Below are positions 19,676 through 31,534 of a stretch of 36,557 bases of DNA, piece after piece. This DNA comes from Tubiluchus corallicola (taxonomy: Eukaryota > Animalia > Priapulida). A program made the translations under genes and the position numbers. The notes below the pieces were generated by a model that saw nothing but the letters and a program-made list of their open reading frames with translations, was not told the origin of the DNA and made no database searches. How positions within the stretch are numbered: position 1 is the first letter of the stretch; the number at the start of each line of letters is the position of its first letter. The stretch covers positions 1 to 36,557 of the forward strand of contig JAQGDQ010001523.1 in the NCBI GenBank assembly GCA_030141605.1. Direction: 5' to 3'.

Positions 19676-20452
19676 GGCATGTTCAGACTAGCAAGTTTTC
19701 TTGCCAAGTAACTCACAAGTGTGTTCAGACTGGAGAGCAAAACTCGCTGCGAGTTACTCTCCGACAGTAAGCGTGAGGTAATACTCGCTTTTCTATTCAC
19801 TGCAAGAAGTGTCGAGAGTAAGTTGCCAAATAACTCACAAATGTGTTCAGACTGGAGAGCAAAACTTGCTGCGAGTTACTCTCCAACAGTAAGCATGAGG
19901 TAATAATCGATTTTCTATTCACTGCAAGAAGTGTTGAGAGTAACTCGCCAAGTAACTCACAAATGTGTTCAGACTGGAGAGCAAAACTCGCTGCGAGTTA
20001 CTCTCCGACAGTAGGCATGAGGTAATACTCGCTTTTCTATTCACTGCAAGAAGTGTCGAGAGTAACTCGCCAAGTAACTCACAAATGTGTTCAGACTGGA
20101 GAGCCAAACGCGCTGCAAGTTACTCTCCGACAGTAAGCGTGAGGTAATACTCTCTTTTCTATTCACTGCAAGAAGTGTCGAGAGTAACTGGCCAAGTAAC
20201 TCACGAATGTGTTCAGACTGGAGAGCAAAACTCGCTGTGAGTTACTCTCCGACAGTAAGCATGAGGTAATACTCGCTTTTCTATTCACTGCAAGAAGTGT
20301 CGAGAGTAACTCGCCAAATAACTCACAAATTTGTTCAGACTGGAGAGCAAAACTCTCTGCGAGTTACTTCCCGGCAGTAAGCGTGAGGTAATACTCTCTT
20401 TTCTATTCACTGCAAGAAGTGTCGAGAGTAACTCACCGAGGTGTGAACATTA
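19676..20452. repeat. 122-bp satellite (about 6 units) bounded by PIF/Harbinger-like ends
   Basis: Units start at 19722, 19844, 19966, 20088, 20210 and 20332. Left end GGCATGTTCAGACT, right end GGTGTGAACAT. Confidence 0.88.
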
Positions 20453-20738
20453 TACAGTAAATCAACTCGCAGTAGTAACTTATCGACAGTTACTCGCAAA
20501 GCAGTTCATACTCACTGTGAGAGAGAAAACTCACTACAGAAAATTTGCCTTTATGTTTCTTACCTAAGTAACCTGTCACTGCTATGTGTTATTTCAAGAC
20601 GAACGTTACTTCTTCGTGGGAAAGGTGGTATATTAGCTCACGATTTGGAGCTAGTTTTTACTTAGGAGGCTTAGAAAAGTTGCCGAGAGTTTTTTAATTC
20701 TTGATGACTGTTTGACTTACTTAAGTTGAAATGTACAT

Positions 20739-21132
20739 TAGAGGTAGACATCGAGCGTTTGCGTTTGATTCGAAGGCGTTTTTTTACTTCGCATTCGATT
20801 CACACCAAAAATTATGGATTCAAATTACGCCATTTTTTGTGATTAAAACGTTTGAAACATCGTGCAATGAGACAGTTCAGCCGTGATTTCTTTGCACGAT
20901 TTTTAAACCAATTTTTAGTACTTTTACTATGTAGAACAAAATCAGGCAATATGCATAATCTTCATGAGACCGCTTTTTGTTAGTGATTCAAAAATTTATG
21001 CCAAAATCTTTAAAACTGAATTCAGATTCAGTTCCAATTCGAAACTGCTGAAATTCGGTTTGATTAGAGTTCGAAAGTGACACATTCGATTTCATTCAAA
21101 TTCACTCTCGGGGTAGGGAATGCTCACCCCTA
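20739..21132. mobile_element. hAT-like MITE, copy 2 of 6088-6523
   Basis: TAGAGGTAGACATCGA...GGAATGCTCACCCCTA, with colinear internal similarity. Confidence 0.72.
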
Positions 21133-21484
21133 ATGCGTGTCTGTTCTCTTCCCTTTCTAGCCTCCAGTTTGGCCTTTTTTGGTTTCATTAGCCTGTTTTA
21201 GTGAAAACGATATAAAAAATTAGAAGAAATGAAATGTGGATTTGCCAGAATTGTTGGTTATGAAGTACACGTAGCAACATTACTGGAGTTTACTAAAAAT
21301 CAATAATTAAGTTACACGTCTTAGAAAAAGTGGGATGTAATTACCAGTAACTGATTACTTAAAACGTTTGTTACCAACACTGCTGTAAATGCTAATGCAA
21401 GCTTTAGGAAGTTATATATGCAAGCTTGAACACATTAAATTATTTTCAAATTTTTGCCAGAATTTTGAATAGTGACAACTAGCT

Positions 21485-21876
21485 TAAACCTTTTCACAGT
21501 TTCGTTGTGCACACGCACAGTGGCCGTAGGTCAAAGTTTAAGTGTGCCACATCAACGTATTTTAACTATGACCATCATGTGACATGTGGGTAAAGCAAAA
21601 CTGTCTGGTGCATCAGTTCAGTAACTTCTGTTGTTTTACATCGACTTTACTTAATTATGCATTAGTCTGTGTGTAGAGAGATTTACTAGCAGGATCTTGC
21701 TTGGGAACAAGAATAAATTGAACTAGGTAAGGTTCTAGCTAGCTGTTAAAACTGTTACTATTACAACAGCATGGGCTGCGAGGCGCTGTTAAGTGTATGC
21801 AAATGCATTGTATGGTACACTTAACCTTTGACCTTTTCGCGAACATCATCAATTGCTGGAACTGTGAAAAGGCTTA
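21485..21876 (+). mobile_element. MITE family M, copy 4 (intact)
   Basis: TAAACCTTTTCACAGTT ... AACTGTGAAAAGGCTTA. Confidence 0.88.
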
Positions 21877-22107
21877 TTATCAGAAAACTTACTTGTCCGA
21901 AATAAGCGGACAAAAACTTAGAGAAAATTTGAATTTACTAATAATCTAAATTAAGTTCTGTGCCCCACATCAGAGTAATCAAACATTGGTTTTCGTGATG
22001 CTTTCCCCAAGCTGTTGTAAAACCGTCTTAAGTTTTCTCAGAGGCTGCTAGCATGGCATATCCTGAAACTAGGGTGCGTTCAGTTGTTAATTAATCAGGG
22101 TCATTGT

Positions 22108-22268
22108 AAGTGGTGGATCCAGGATTTCTAGAAAGCGGGTGCCAGAGAGGCGGGCCTGGGGAGTTTTCGCCCCAGAAAAAAATTAAAAATTTGCAATTGG
22201 TGTCCTGCAATCTGAGCACATTGGGTCCTAGGCAAAAATAGGGGCGTGCGCCTATGGATCCGCCTATG
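22108..22268. mobile_element. Short GC-rich hAT-like MITE (GGTGGATCCAG...TGGATCCGCC)
   Basis: Imperfect TIRs around GGATCC in a GC-rich island. No clear TSD. Confidence 0.55.
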
Positions 22269-23039
22269 ACTGCCATCCTTGGATTTCATTTAAGCACTGC
22301 TGGTTTTGTGAATTCGTCGTTTTTGACATTTTTAACACTAAACTGCTACAATTTAGTATTTGGTTACTATAATTGTCTTTCTAAACTTATTTATATTAAT
22401 GTATGCATAAATTTTAGATTTTGGACGTACTTATAATTAATGTAGTATTGTCGTAACCAGTCAGAACAACTTGCAGGCCTACAGTTTAATGGCCCTTGCA
22501 AAGCAAGAGATTATGCTTTTCTATATATTTATGCTGTTTACTTTTGATATATCATTATTATATGTGCATTTACTGTCCAAAATTACGTTTTATGGTAGTT
22601 ATATTGTGTCTTAATATACTTCATGCTTTGTCTGTATAACTTTGTCTTCTTTGTGGATTTGTGTCTTTGTGCACAGTTTATGGAAGAGCAAAAGAGTCAA
22701 AATTAATAGTAAACATTTGTTTAGAAAGAAAGCTGTGTTGCTGTCTCACCTGTTTATTGGTGCAAGAAATTTAATGAAAGGTGTAAAGGAATTTAATACA
22801 AGCTTGAAAATTGGATATCTTCTGCTTTGTTGTTTTTCGTTTATTTTTCATATTGTAAATGCTCGAATCTTGTACATAGAAAATAGCAATTTTAAAGACA
22901 TTTTAACTTTAGGTCAGTATCGCACAGTGAAAAGCGTAACGAGCAAGACATAATCCATAATCCATAAGTTGTCTTCCATAAGACGTATATCATAATCCAC
23001 CGCATGCTCCTTATCTGCTATAAATGCTGGCATCACTGA

Positions 23040-24750
23040 TACAATTTAGTACTTTTATTAAACAAACAAAATGTTTGGTGGGTACAATTTAGTACTTTTA
23101 TTAAGCAAACAAAACGTTTGGTGGGGTACAATTTAGTACTTTTATTATGCAGACAAAACGTTTGGTGGGGTACAATTTAGTACTTTTATTAAATAAAGAA
23201 AACGTTTGGTGGGGTACAATTTAGTACTTTTATTAAGTAAACAAAACGTTTGGTGGGGTACAATTTAGTATTTTTATTAAGCAAACAAAACGTTAGGTGG
23301 GGTGCAATTCAGTACTTTTATTAACCAAACAAAACGTTTGGTGGGGTACAATTTAGTACTTTTATTAAGCAAACAAAACGTTTGGTGGGGTACAATTCAG
23401 TACTTTTATTAAGCAAACAAAACGTTTGGTGGGGTACAATTTAGTACTTTTATTAAGCAAACAAAACGTTTGGTGGGGTACAATTTAGTACTTTTATTAA
23501 GCAAACAAAAAGTTTGGTGGGGTACAATTTAGTACTTTTAATAAGCAAACAAAACGTTTCGTGGGGTACAATTTAGTACTTTTATTAAGCAAACAAAAAG
23601 TTTGGTGGGGTACAATTTAGTACTTTTATTAAGCAAACAAAACGTTTGGTGGGGTACAATTTAGTACTTTTATTAAGCAAACAAAACGTTTGGTGGGGTA
23701 CAATTTAGTATTTTTATTAAGCAAACAAAACGTTTGGTGGGGTACAATTTAATACTTTTATTAAGCAAACAAAACGTTTGGTGGGGTACAATTTAGTACT
23801 TTTATTAAGCAAACAAAACCTTTGGTGGGGTACAATTTAGTACTTTTATTGAGCAAACAAAACGTTTGGTGGGGTACAATTTAATACTTTTATTAAGCAA
23901 ACAAAACGTTTGGTGGGGTACAATTTAGTACTTTTATTAAGCAAACAAAACGTTTGGTGGGGTACAAATTAGTACTTTTATTAAGCAAACAAAACGTTTG
24001 GTGGGGTACAATTTAGTACTTTTATTAAGCAAACAAAACGTTTGGTGGGGTACAATTTAGTATTTTTATTAAGCAAACAAAACGTTTGGTGGGGTACAAT
24101 TTAATACTTTTATTAAGCAAACAAAACGTTTGGTGGGGTACCATTTAGCACTTTTATTAAGCAAACAAAACGTTTGGTGGGGTACCATTTAGTACTTTTA
24201 TTAAGCAAACAAAACGTTTGGTGGGGTACAATTTAGTACTTTTATTAAGCAAACAAAACGTTTGGTGGGGTACAATTTAGTATTTTTATTAAGCAAACAA
24301 AACGTTTGGTGGGGTACAATTTAATACTTTTATTAAGCAAACAAAACGTTTGGTGGGGTACAATTTAGTACTTTTATTAAGCAAACAAAACCTTTGGTGG
24401 GGTACAATTTAATACTTTTATTGAGCAAACAAAACGTTTGGTGGGGTACAATTTAATACTTTTATTAAGCAAACAAAACGTTTGGTGGGGTACAATTTAA
24501 TACTTTTATTGAGCAAACAAAACGTTTGGTGGGGTACAATTTAGTACTTTTATTGAGCAAACAAAACGTTCGTGGGGTACAATTTAGTACTTTTATTAAG
24601 CAAACAAAACGTTTGGTGGGGTACAATTTAATACTTTTATTAAGCAAACAAAACGTTTGGTGGGGTACAATTTAGTGCTTTTATTGAGCAAATAAAACGT
24701 TCGTGGGGTACAATTTAGTATTTTTATTACACAAAAAAGTTTCGTGGGGT
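23040..24750. repeat. 44-bp satellite (TTTGGTGGGGTACAATTTAGTACTTTTATTAAGCAAACAAAACG), about 39 units
   Basis: Highly homogeneous head-to-tail array with no spacers. Confidence 0.98.
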
Positions 24751-25104
24751 CCTCTCCACATTGTCAGTTGTAAACAACAGTGAGTCAATATCTTCAACAA
24801 TTGGTATGATCATGGGCCTATATGAAATTTAATAGGGTCTCTTAAGCTTGAGGCGTATGATAATCTAGCAATGGGATTTTGTGCCCACCCGATACCCATT
24901 AAGTAGTTGATTCAGTGTGGCCAGATCCAAGGGAGTGTATTATTTGGGTATTATATCAAATATATGTTTTACGATCCACTGAAATAAAGGTTTCTATTTT
25001 CATTTCCTATTTTAATACTTACTGCAAAAGTAATGAAGATATTTTACTATGATAATCCAAGGGCGTAAACCAGGGATTGCAAGGCAAGGAATACGACCGA
25101 AAAA

Positions 25105-25495
25105 TAAGCCTTTTTACAGTTCCAGCGATTGATGATGATCGTGAAAAGGTCAAAGGTTAAGTGTACCGGACAACGCATTTGTGTACACTTGGCAACGCCA
25201 CGCAGACCAAGCTATTGTAGTAGTAACAGTTTTAACAGCCAGATAGAACTTTATCTAGTTCATTTTTTCTTGTTCCGAAGCAAGATCCTGCTAATAAATC
25301 GGTCTACGCACAGACTAGTGCATAATCAAGTAAAGTCCACATAAAACAAGTGAAGTTGATGTACTGACGCGGCAAACAGCTTTGCTTTACCCACTTGTCA
25401 CGTGGCAGTTGTAGTTAAGACACGTTCTTGTGGTATGCTTGACCTTTAACCTGCAGCAACTACGCGTGCGCACAACAAAACTGTAAAAGGGCATA
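25105..25495 (-). mobile_element. MITE family M, copy 5 (inverted)
   Basis: Reverse complement of 21485-21876, TIR TAAGCCTTTTTACAGTT. Confidence 0.85.
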
Positions 25496-26899
25496 TTGTT
25501 GGATTATTGAAATTACATGTATTGATTAGATTACGTAAGTCAAATTACTTAAAAGGGCACTTCTGGTATTTTTATGGGTTGACCGGAAATGCGTGTGTTA
25601 TATAAATCACTTCCGGTGCGAAGGTTGGCGATTAGTAAACGAATCTGGCAAAAGCTCTCCGACTGGACAAACTATCTGTTTATAATCTAGACAGGCAGTT
25701 CGATTGTTTGCTGACTAACCGTGTATTAGTGCCAGCTTATCGCCTCTGCCTTGCTTAATGGATGCGTTTCTCCTGTCAAACGAGCTAGCTTTATTGCTGG
25801 GTTTATTTCTCTAAATCGTTACATCAATTGCTGCAGATCTTATCAGCTCTTGGCTGTTGGACGCGGCTACTTGCAAGCGAGAGGCTGCGATGGGCGAGAA
25901 GTGGAATAAACGACTTAAGAAGAAGCAACTGGAAGATCAGATGAGATCAGGAAAAAGTGAAACTAAAAATGGAAGGAAATGTCACCACGAATATTAAAGG
26001 TCCCGAAGTCTTTAAGCGTCTTGATTTCAAGCACAAGAAAACCCTCCATTTATATAAAGCTTAAAAAATTCGCCTTGAAATTTCATAGGTACCACTTAAA
26101 TACTACCTACATATTACATACCACTTACATACTGCATACTAGTAATACTGATATTACATACCACTTACATATTACATACCACTTACATACTCCATTTTTG
26201 CTTGGAGGGCATTTTTTAACGCGCAACAATAGCAAGTAAGACGCCATGATTGAGGGCAGATACTCGAGGACTGTATTTCGTTTATGTGACACATTTTGTT
26301 CAAATATTTAAATGTTTCAAATGAAATTTGCTTAAAAAAGAATACAAACAGCTATTACGTGCAGAAATATATTGCGTCAGCTTTCCCACAACGGGATTAA
26401 GAAACGATTTCTAACAAGAGAAAGTCAAGTTAACTTTGATTTTCCCATTTGCGCTAGGACAAAAGGCGGCAAGGTACATTTCGAAGTCGCTAGAAGACAT
26501 AATTCACGTTGGTTTTTTCCTGTGTGCAGTTACTGTACCGTCAAAAGCGCTACCTACCACCACACTTTTGTTCTGCCCTGTAAAATATTAGTTTAACCGT
26601 CATGCATAAGGCACATATGCTAGGGATATTCATTAGGCAGGTATAATAGATTTATAGTGATAATTAACGTGACAACGTGACACGACAATTGCTTGTAAAC
26701 TTCGTGTAGTTACGGTAGCGTAAGCGTGCTATTATCTGAGCAATGATGCGTCGGTTATTCGAGACCATCACAGCGCCACGTGATACGATACCCCACATTA
26801 TACGGTCTTAATAACGATCATCAGTCCCTGCTACACAAGCCTAATGGCCACTCTAATCAACTGGGAAAGGTGCAAAGTGGTCACTAGACGATCATTCAT

Positions 26900-27120
26900 G
26901 TCGCCATAGCAACACCATCATCGTTCCGCCCCGGGCTATAATACCTGGGTGTAATTTGATTATTGGATTTATTTATTACGAATTGATGTAATTATGTCGG
27001 GGGGATTATAGCTTTACAGCCAGTAATGTTAGTCGTAATGTTACCATGGAGAGGTCCAACAACAAATTGTGTTGGTGAGTTAGTGACGCAAAGGAGCCAT
27101 ATTGAACGATGACGTAGTGA
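26900..27120. promoter_or_regulatory. Candidate regulatory cluster: RFX X-box(es) and CRE half-sites
   Basis: GTCGCCATAGCAAC (26900-26913) matches the X-box consensus. Also GTTACCATGGAGAG (27040), TGACGCAA and TGACGTAG. Confidence 0.35.
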
Positions 27121-27314
27121 GCTGCTGCCACACGTTTTACTAAAGTTCGAGTAATTAACTATACGTATATCAGACCAACTCGTCTGAAAATTGCAACAGT
27201 TTCTGCTGTTGTGTTACTGGACGTTTTGTGGCTTTACATACAGTATTTGTACGAATTAATAATTTTGCATTAAAATCTTGTTTATTCATGCTGTCAGAGA
27301 CCTAGGTGCTTTAC

Positions 27315-27365
27315 AAGAAGAAGAAGAAGAAGAAGAAGAAGAAGAACAACAACAACAACAACAAT

Positions 27366-27443
<78 letters not shown>

Positions 27444-27720
27444 TAGAAGAAGAAAAAGAACAACAACAACAGGAATAACAATAATAACAATAATAATAAA
27501 ATCATTTGTGCTGTAACAATTATACATGTACATCATTGAATGATAAACTGCGCATTCAAAAATTGAAAAGTGCGCATAATTCTTTTTTCAAAACGTTTAA
27601 AGTTGGCTGACTAGTGTTGAAAGTTTGTCAGCGGGTCCAGTGCCAAAACTATGAATGAATGTATGCAGTATCAAAAGCGAGAATTATGCCCATATGCAGT
27701 ATTTGCAGCCTTTTAAATTG
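27315..27720. repeat. Compound (AAG)(AAC)(AAT) microsatellite plus ~220-bp dispersed repeat
   Basis: 27498-27720 is highly similar to 32535-32758. Confidence 0.9.
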
Positions 27721-27854
27721 GTAAGTCTACCTTTAAACTATTTGCAAAAAAAACAAGACGAAAAAGAACTGCCCCAGGAGATACGAACTGTCTAACTTTC
27801 TAATACGGCACTCTACTGGGCGTCATCTGCAGGAAAAGCGCCTACGCTTTTGTG

Positions 27855-28025
27855 TCCTGAAAAACCGTTTTAGCTGTTGTCTCACGACTGGCTTCTTGAT
27901 TTTGCATGAAACCTGGCTTCACTTAAATCACTCCTACCCATCTGTATCCTGAAAAAATTGTTTTAGCTATTGTATCATGACTGGCTTTTAGATTTCGAGC
28001 GAAGCCTGGCTTCACTTAAATCACC
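27855..28025. repeat. ~90-bp tandem duplication
   Basis: TCCTGAAAAA...CCTGGCTTCACTTAAATCAC occurs twice. Confidence 0.8.
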
Positions 28026-28691
28026 TTCTCTACTTAATCCATCCTAAGTGAACAGGCGGGTTCTCTCAACCCCCGGTTGAATTCTCACTGCTCACATGCA
28101 GCTCAATAATTACCACTTAAGCTATATTACCCTCATAACAACGTCCATGAGATGGCACTAATTTTCAACTGGTCATTATATACCATTACTAGAGTTTATG
28201 ACTATGGATGATGTCCCATCTGAGCGTTACTATACGATAATTAGTGTAGCAATGTCGAGAATGTCGCTACAAACACTACTGAGTAATAAAAAATTCATTT
28301 TCGTCGAGCGTTGCTTTATTTCCGGTGCGACTTCCGGTGTAGAGTTTGTCCCATTTTGTAGCATCATTACCTCCATCTATTGGAATCATTACCTTCATCT
28401 ATTGGTAAGGAGGTCAGAGTATTCTGGTAGGGGTAATCAAACGTAAATAATTTTAAGAAATTCTGCGGGAGTCCAGGGTTATCTAGGACAACCTACTTCA
28501 TCTTGACCTGGTTTCAATTCATTTTCAGTGCCTTCATGCAGATTCAGACAGCAGCCAATTTATTCAGTGATTCATAGTATAAATCATGATATTAGGAAAG
28601 CTCCAGGTGAAACTTTCTAGTATCCCGAATCGGAAGTGCTATGCAGCTTAATGGGGGAAGAAAATGCAATTTTAAGGCATGTCCCCCTCCA

Positions 28692-29342
28692 AAAAAACTT
28701 TCCGTACAAAGTTATATTACTTAGCATTACCCTTACCTGTTTGAAAAACGTAACGTCACTGATAAAGAAAATTCTTAATAATTTAAAATTTCGTGCCACT
28801 GGGCAAAGTGTCACTGACTCACCTTCCCAGTGTGCACCACTGATTCACCAAAAACATATTATTTGACCTTGTTTACAAGATAAAGCAGTTTATACTTTCT
28901 CTAAGTCAGTGAAGCGTGCGCTACAAATGCGCTGATTATTTTTTGAAATTTACGCAATGTTATCTAAAGTTGTTTCAAATCACTGAGTGATTTTTTTACT
29001 CAACGACTGACCCTTAATTAAAATGACCGTTAGGAGCACGATTTTGACAGTACGTCAGTTGAAACAACTGTGGATAATATTGCGTAAAGTTTGAAAAAAT
29101 AATCAGAGCATTCGTAGCACACTCTTCACTAAGTAAGCAGAAGTTTAAATTACTTTATATCGTGAATAACATCAATAATGTGTTTTGGTGAATCAGTGGT
29201 GAACTCTGGGATGTTGTTGCAGTAACGTTTTACCAGGTGGCGCGAACATTTGAACTATCAATAATTTTTTCAGTTACAATATATCTTTTAAACCGATAAG
29301 CGTAATTCACAGTAATATAAGTAATGTATGTAAAAGTTTTAG
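28692..29342. mobile_element. Large fold-back (palindromic) MITE
   Basis: Arms ~28692-28980 and ~29058-29342 are imperfect reverse complements (e.g. CACCACTGATTCACCAAAA / TTTTGGTGAATCAGTGGTG). Confidence 0.78.
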
Positions 29343-29421
29343 AAAATAGTTCAAAATAGTTTAAATATTATTGCAACAAAAAGATAATCAAACATAAAAC
29401 GAAACGAATATAGGCCTATAA

Positions 29422-29745
29422 GCCAAAACTCTGAATCAACTTGAATACTGAATTCAAATTACTGTGGAAGATTTAATATGACGTCATATGGTGGATAAGG
29501 TAAGAAAAGTATTTATTCAAGAAAACTTGACTGTGCAAAATTCTGAATCAACTTTAACTGGAGTGGAACATTTAATTTGACGTCATATGGTGGATAAGGA
29601 AAGGTAAGAAACGCTATTTATTCAAGAAAATTTGACTGTCCAAAACTCTGAATCAACTTTAACTAGAGTGGAACATTTAATATGACGTCATATGGTGGAT
29701 AAGGTAAGGTAAGAAAGGCTATTTATTCAAGAAAACTTAACTGGG
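29422..29745. repeat. ~105-bp tandem repeat x3, each unit with a TGACGTCA palindrome
   Basis: TGACGTCA at 29479, 29578 and 29683. Confidence 0.88.
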
Positions 29746-29944
29746 CTAAACTCGTTTACAATAAATTTGCTCTGACTGAATTAAGAAAACCAAGTACATG
29801 TATGGAGACATACATAAAAATTTGCAGTTGTATACAAAAATCGTACAATCATTGTGATTACGTAAATCATTATCATAGCTATATTCAAGATTTAAATGCT
29901 TTTCGACATCAATTTTTTATCTCTACAAAGATGGTATAATCTAT

Positions 29945-30953
29945 TGTTATATGGGAACAACAATGTAAGTGTTCTATAAATGTTATATGAGAACAACAAT
30001 GTAGGTGTTCTATAAATGTTATATGAGAACAACAATGTAAGTGTTCTATAAACGTTATATGAGAACAACAATGTAAGTGTTCTATAAACGTCATATGATA
30101 ACAACAATGTAAGTGTTCTATAAATGTTATATGAGAAAAACAATGTAGGTGTTCTATAAATGTTATATGAGAACAACAATGTAAGTGTTCTATAAATGTT
30201 ATATGAGAACAACAATGTAAGTGTTCTATAAATGTTATATGAGAACAACAATGTAAGTGTTCTACAAATGTTATATGAGAACAACAATGTAAGTGTTTTA
30301 TAAATGTTATATGAGAACAACAATGTAAGTGTTTTATAAATGTTATATGATAACAATAATGTAAGTGTTCTATAAATGTCATATGAGAACAATAATGTAG
30401 GTGTTCTACAAATGTTATATGAGAACAACAATGTAAGTGTTCTATAAATGTCATATGATAGCAATAATGTAAGTGTTCTATAAATGTTATATGTGAACAA
30501 TAATGTAGGTGTTCTATAAATGTTATGTGAGAACAACAATGTAGGTGTTCTGTAAATGTTATATGAGAACAACAATGTAAGTGTTCTGTAAATGTTATAT
30601 GAGAACAACAATGTAAGTGTTCTATAAATGTCATATGATAGCAATAATGTAAGTGTTCTATAAATGTTATATGTGAACAATAATGTAGGTGTTCTATAAA
30701 TGTTATGTGAGAACAACAATGTAGGTGTTCTGTAAATGTTATATGAGAACAACAATGTAAGTGTTCTGTAAATGTTATATGAGAACAACAATGTAAGTGT
30801 TCTATAAATGTCATATGATAGCAATAATGTAAGTGTTCTATAAATGTTATATGTGAACAATAATGTAGGTGTTCTATAAATGTTATATGAGAACAACAAT
30901 GTAAGTGTTCTATAAATGTTATATGAGAACAACAATGTAGGTGTTCTATAAAT
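29945..30953. repeat. 36-bp satellite (GTTATATGAGAACAACAATGTAAGTGTTCTATAAAT), about 28 units, with 180-bp higher-order repeat
   Basis: Direct periodicity. The 180-bp blocks at 30421 and 30601 are identical, and the block at 30781 matches them over about its first 100 bp. Confidence 0.97.
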
Positions 30954-30980
30954 AGCTATTTGAATTAACTACAGCAAGAA

Positions 30981-31534
30981 TCACGTTGAAAACACCGATC
31001 CTCGTCTGATCACCGATGTTAAGCAACTTAGAGCTTGGTTAGTACTTGGGTGGGTGACTGCCTAGGAATACCAGGTGCTGTAGGCCTGCGGGATGCCCAC
31101 ACTGTATCTCGACACTAGGCGGAGGAGCTGCACAATGCACAAGCAGCCAACGGCTAGAAGGCGGAGGAGGTCAAGTGACCCAACGGTCATGTGTAGAGGA
31201 GTAAACCTTCCAAATCAGGAGTGGAGACCCGAAGGCGGACCAGTGCAGCATGCTCACTGACTCCGGCAGCTCCTGCAGCCAACCTGGTGCCAAACGTATC
31301 GCTCCGCTTTCCTTTGGACTACACCAGGGAGGAAGAGAGGGGGTTCCTGTTGTCTGGACAACTCAGGAACTCCACACACCTTGCTCAGGCGTGCGCCCTG
31401 GAGAGGTTAATCCAGTGGTTCAAGGATCGCACTGCTCAGCCACAGTCGACGCTGCAGCTCCGTCAATGTGATCAATAACTGACTCTCTTGGCGCCCATTC
31501 CATTGTCTTCCGAGACAGAAGGATGCCAACCAAC
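30981..31534 (+). mobile_element. 5S rRNA-derived SINE, copy 2
   Basis: CACGTTGAAAACACC...GTTAAGCAAC...TAGTACTTGGGTGGGTGACTGCCTAGGAATACCAGGTGCTGTAGGC (5S), then the shared body and tail GGATGCCAACCAAC. Confidence 0.92.

Noticed and set aside
23040-24750. CRISPR-like appearance of the 44-, 32- and 36-bp arrays
   Set aside because: Units are head-to-tail with no unique spacers, there are no cas genes, and the context is eukaryotic.
29892-30935. 347-aa and 301-aa ORFs
   Set aside because: They are translations of the 36-bp satellite.
30981-31090. Functional 5S rRNA genes (also at 10690-10781 and 36025-36143)
   Set aside because: They are diverged, lack a T-run terminator and are always fused to the same body. 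One copy has a TSD. These are SINE heads.
31090-31300. HDV-like ribozyme in the SINE body (known from some RTE 5' ends)
   Set aside because: I could not build the nested double pseudoknot by eye. A descriptor-based search would be needed to settle it.
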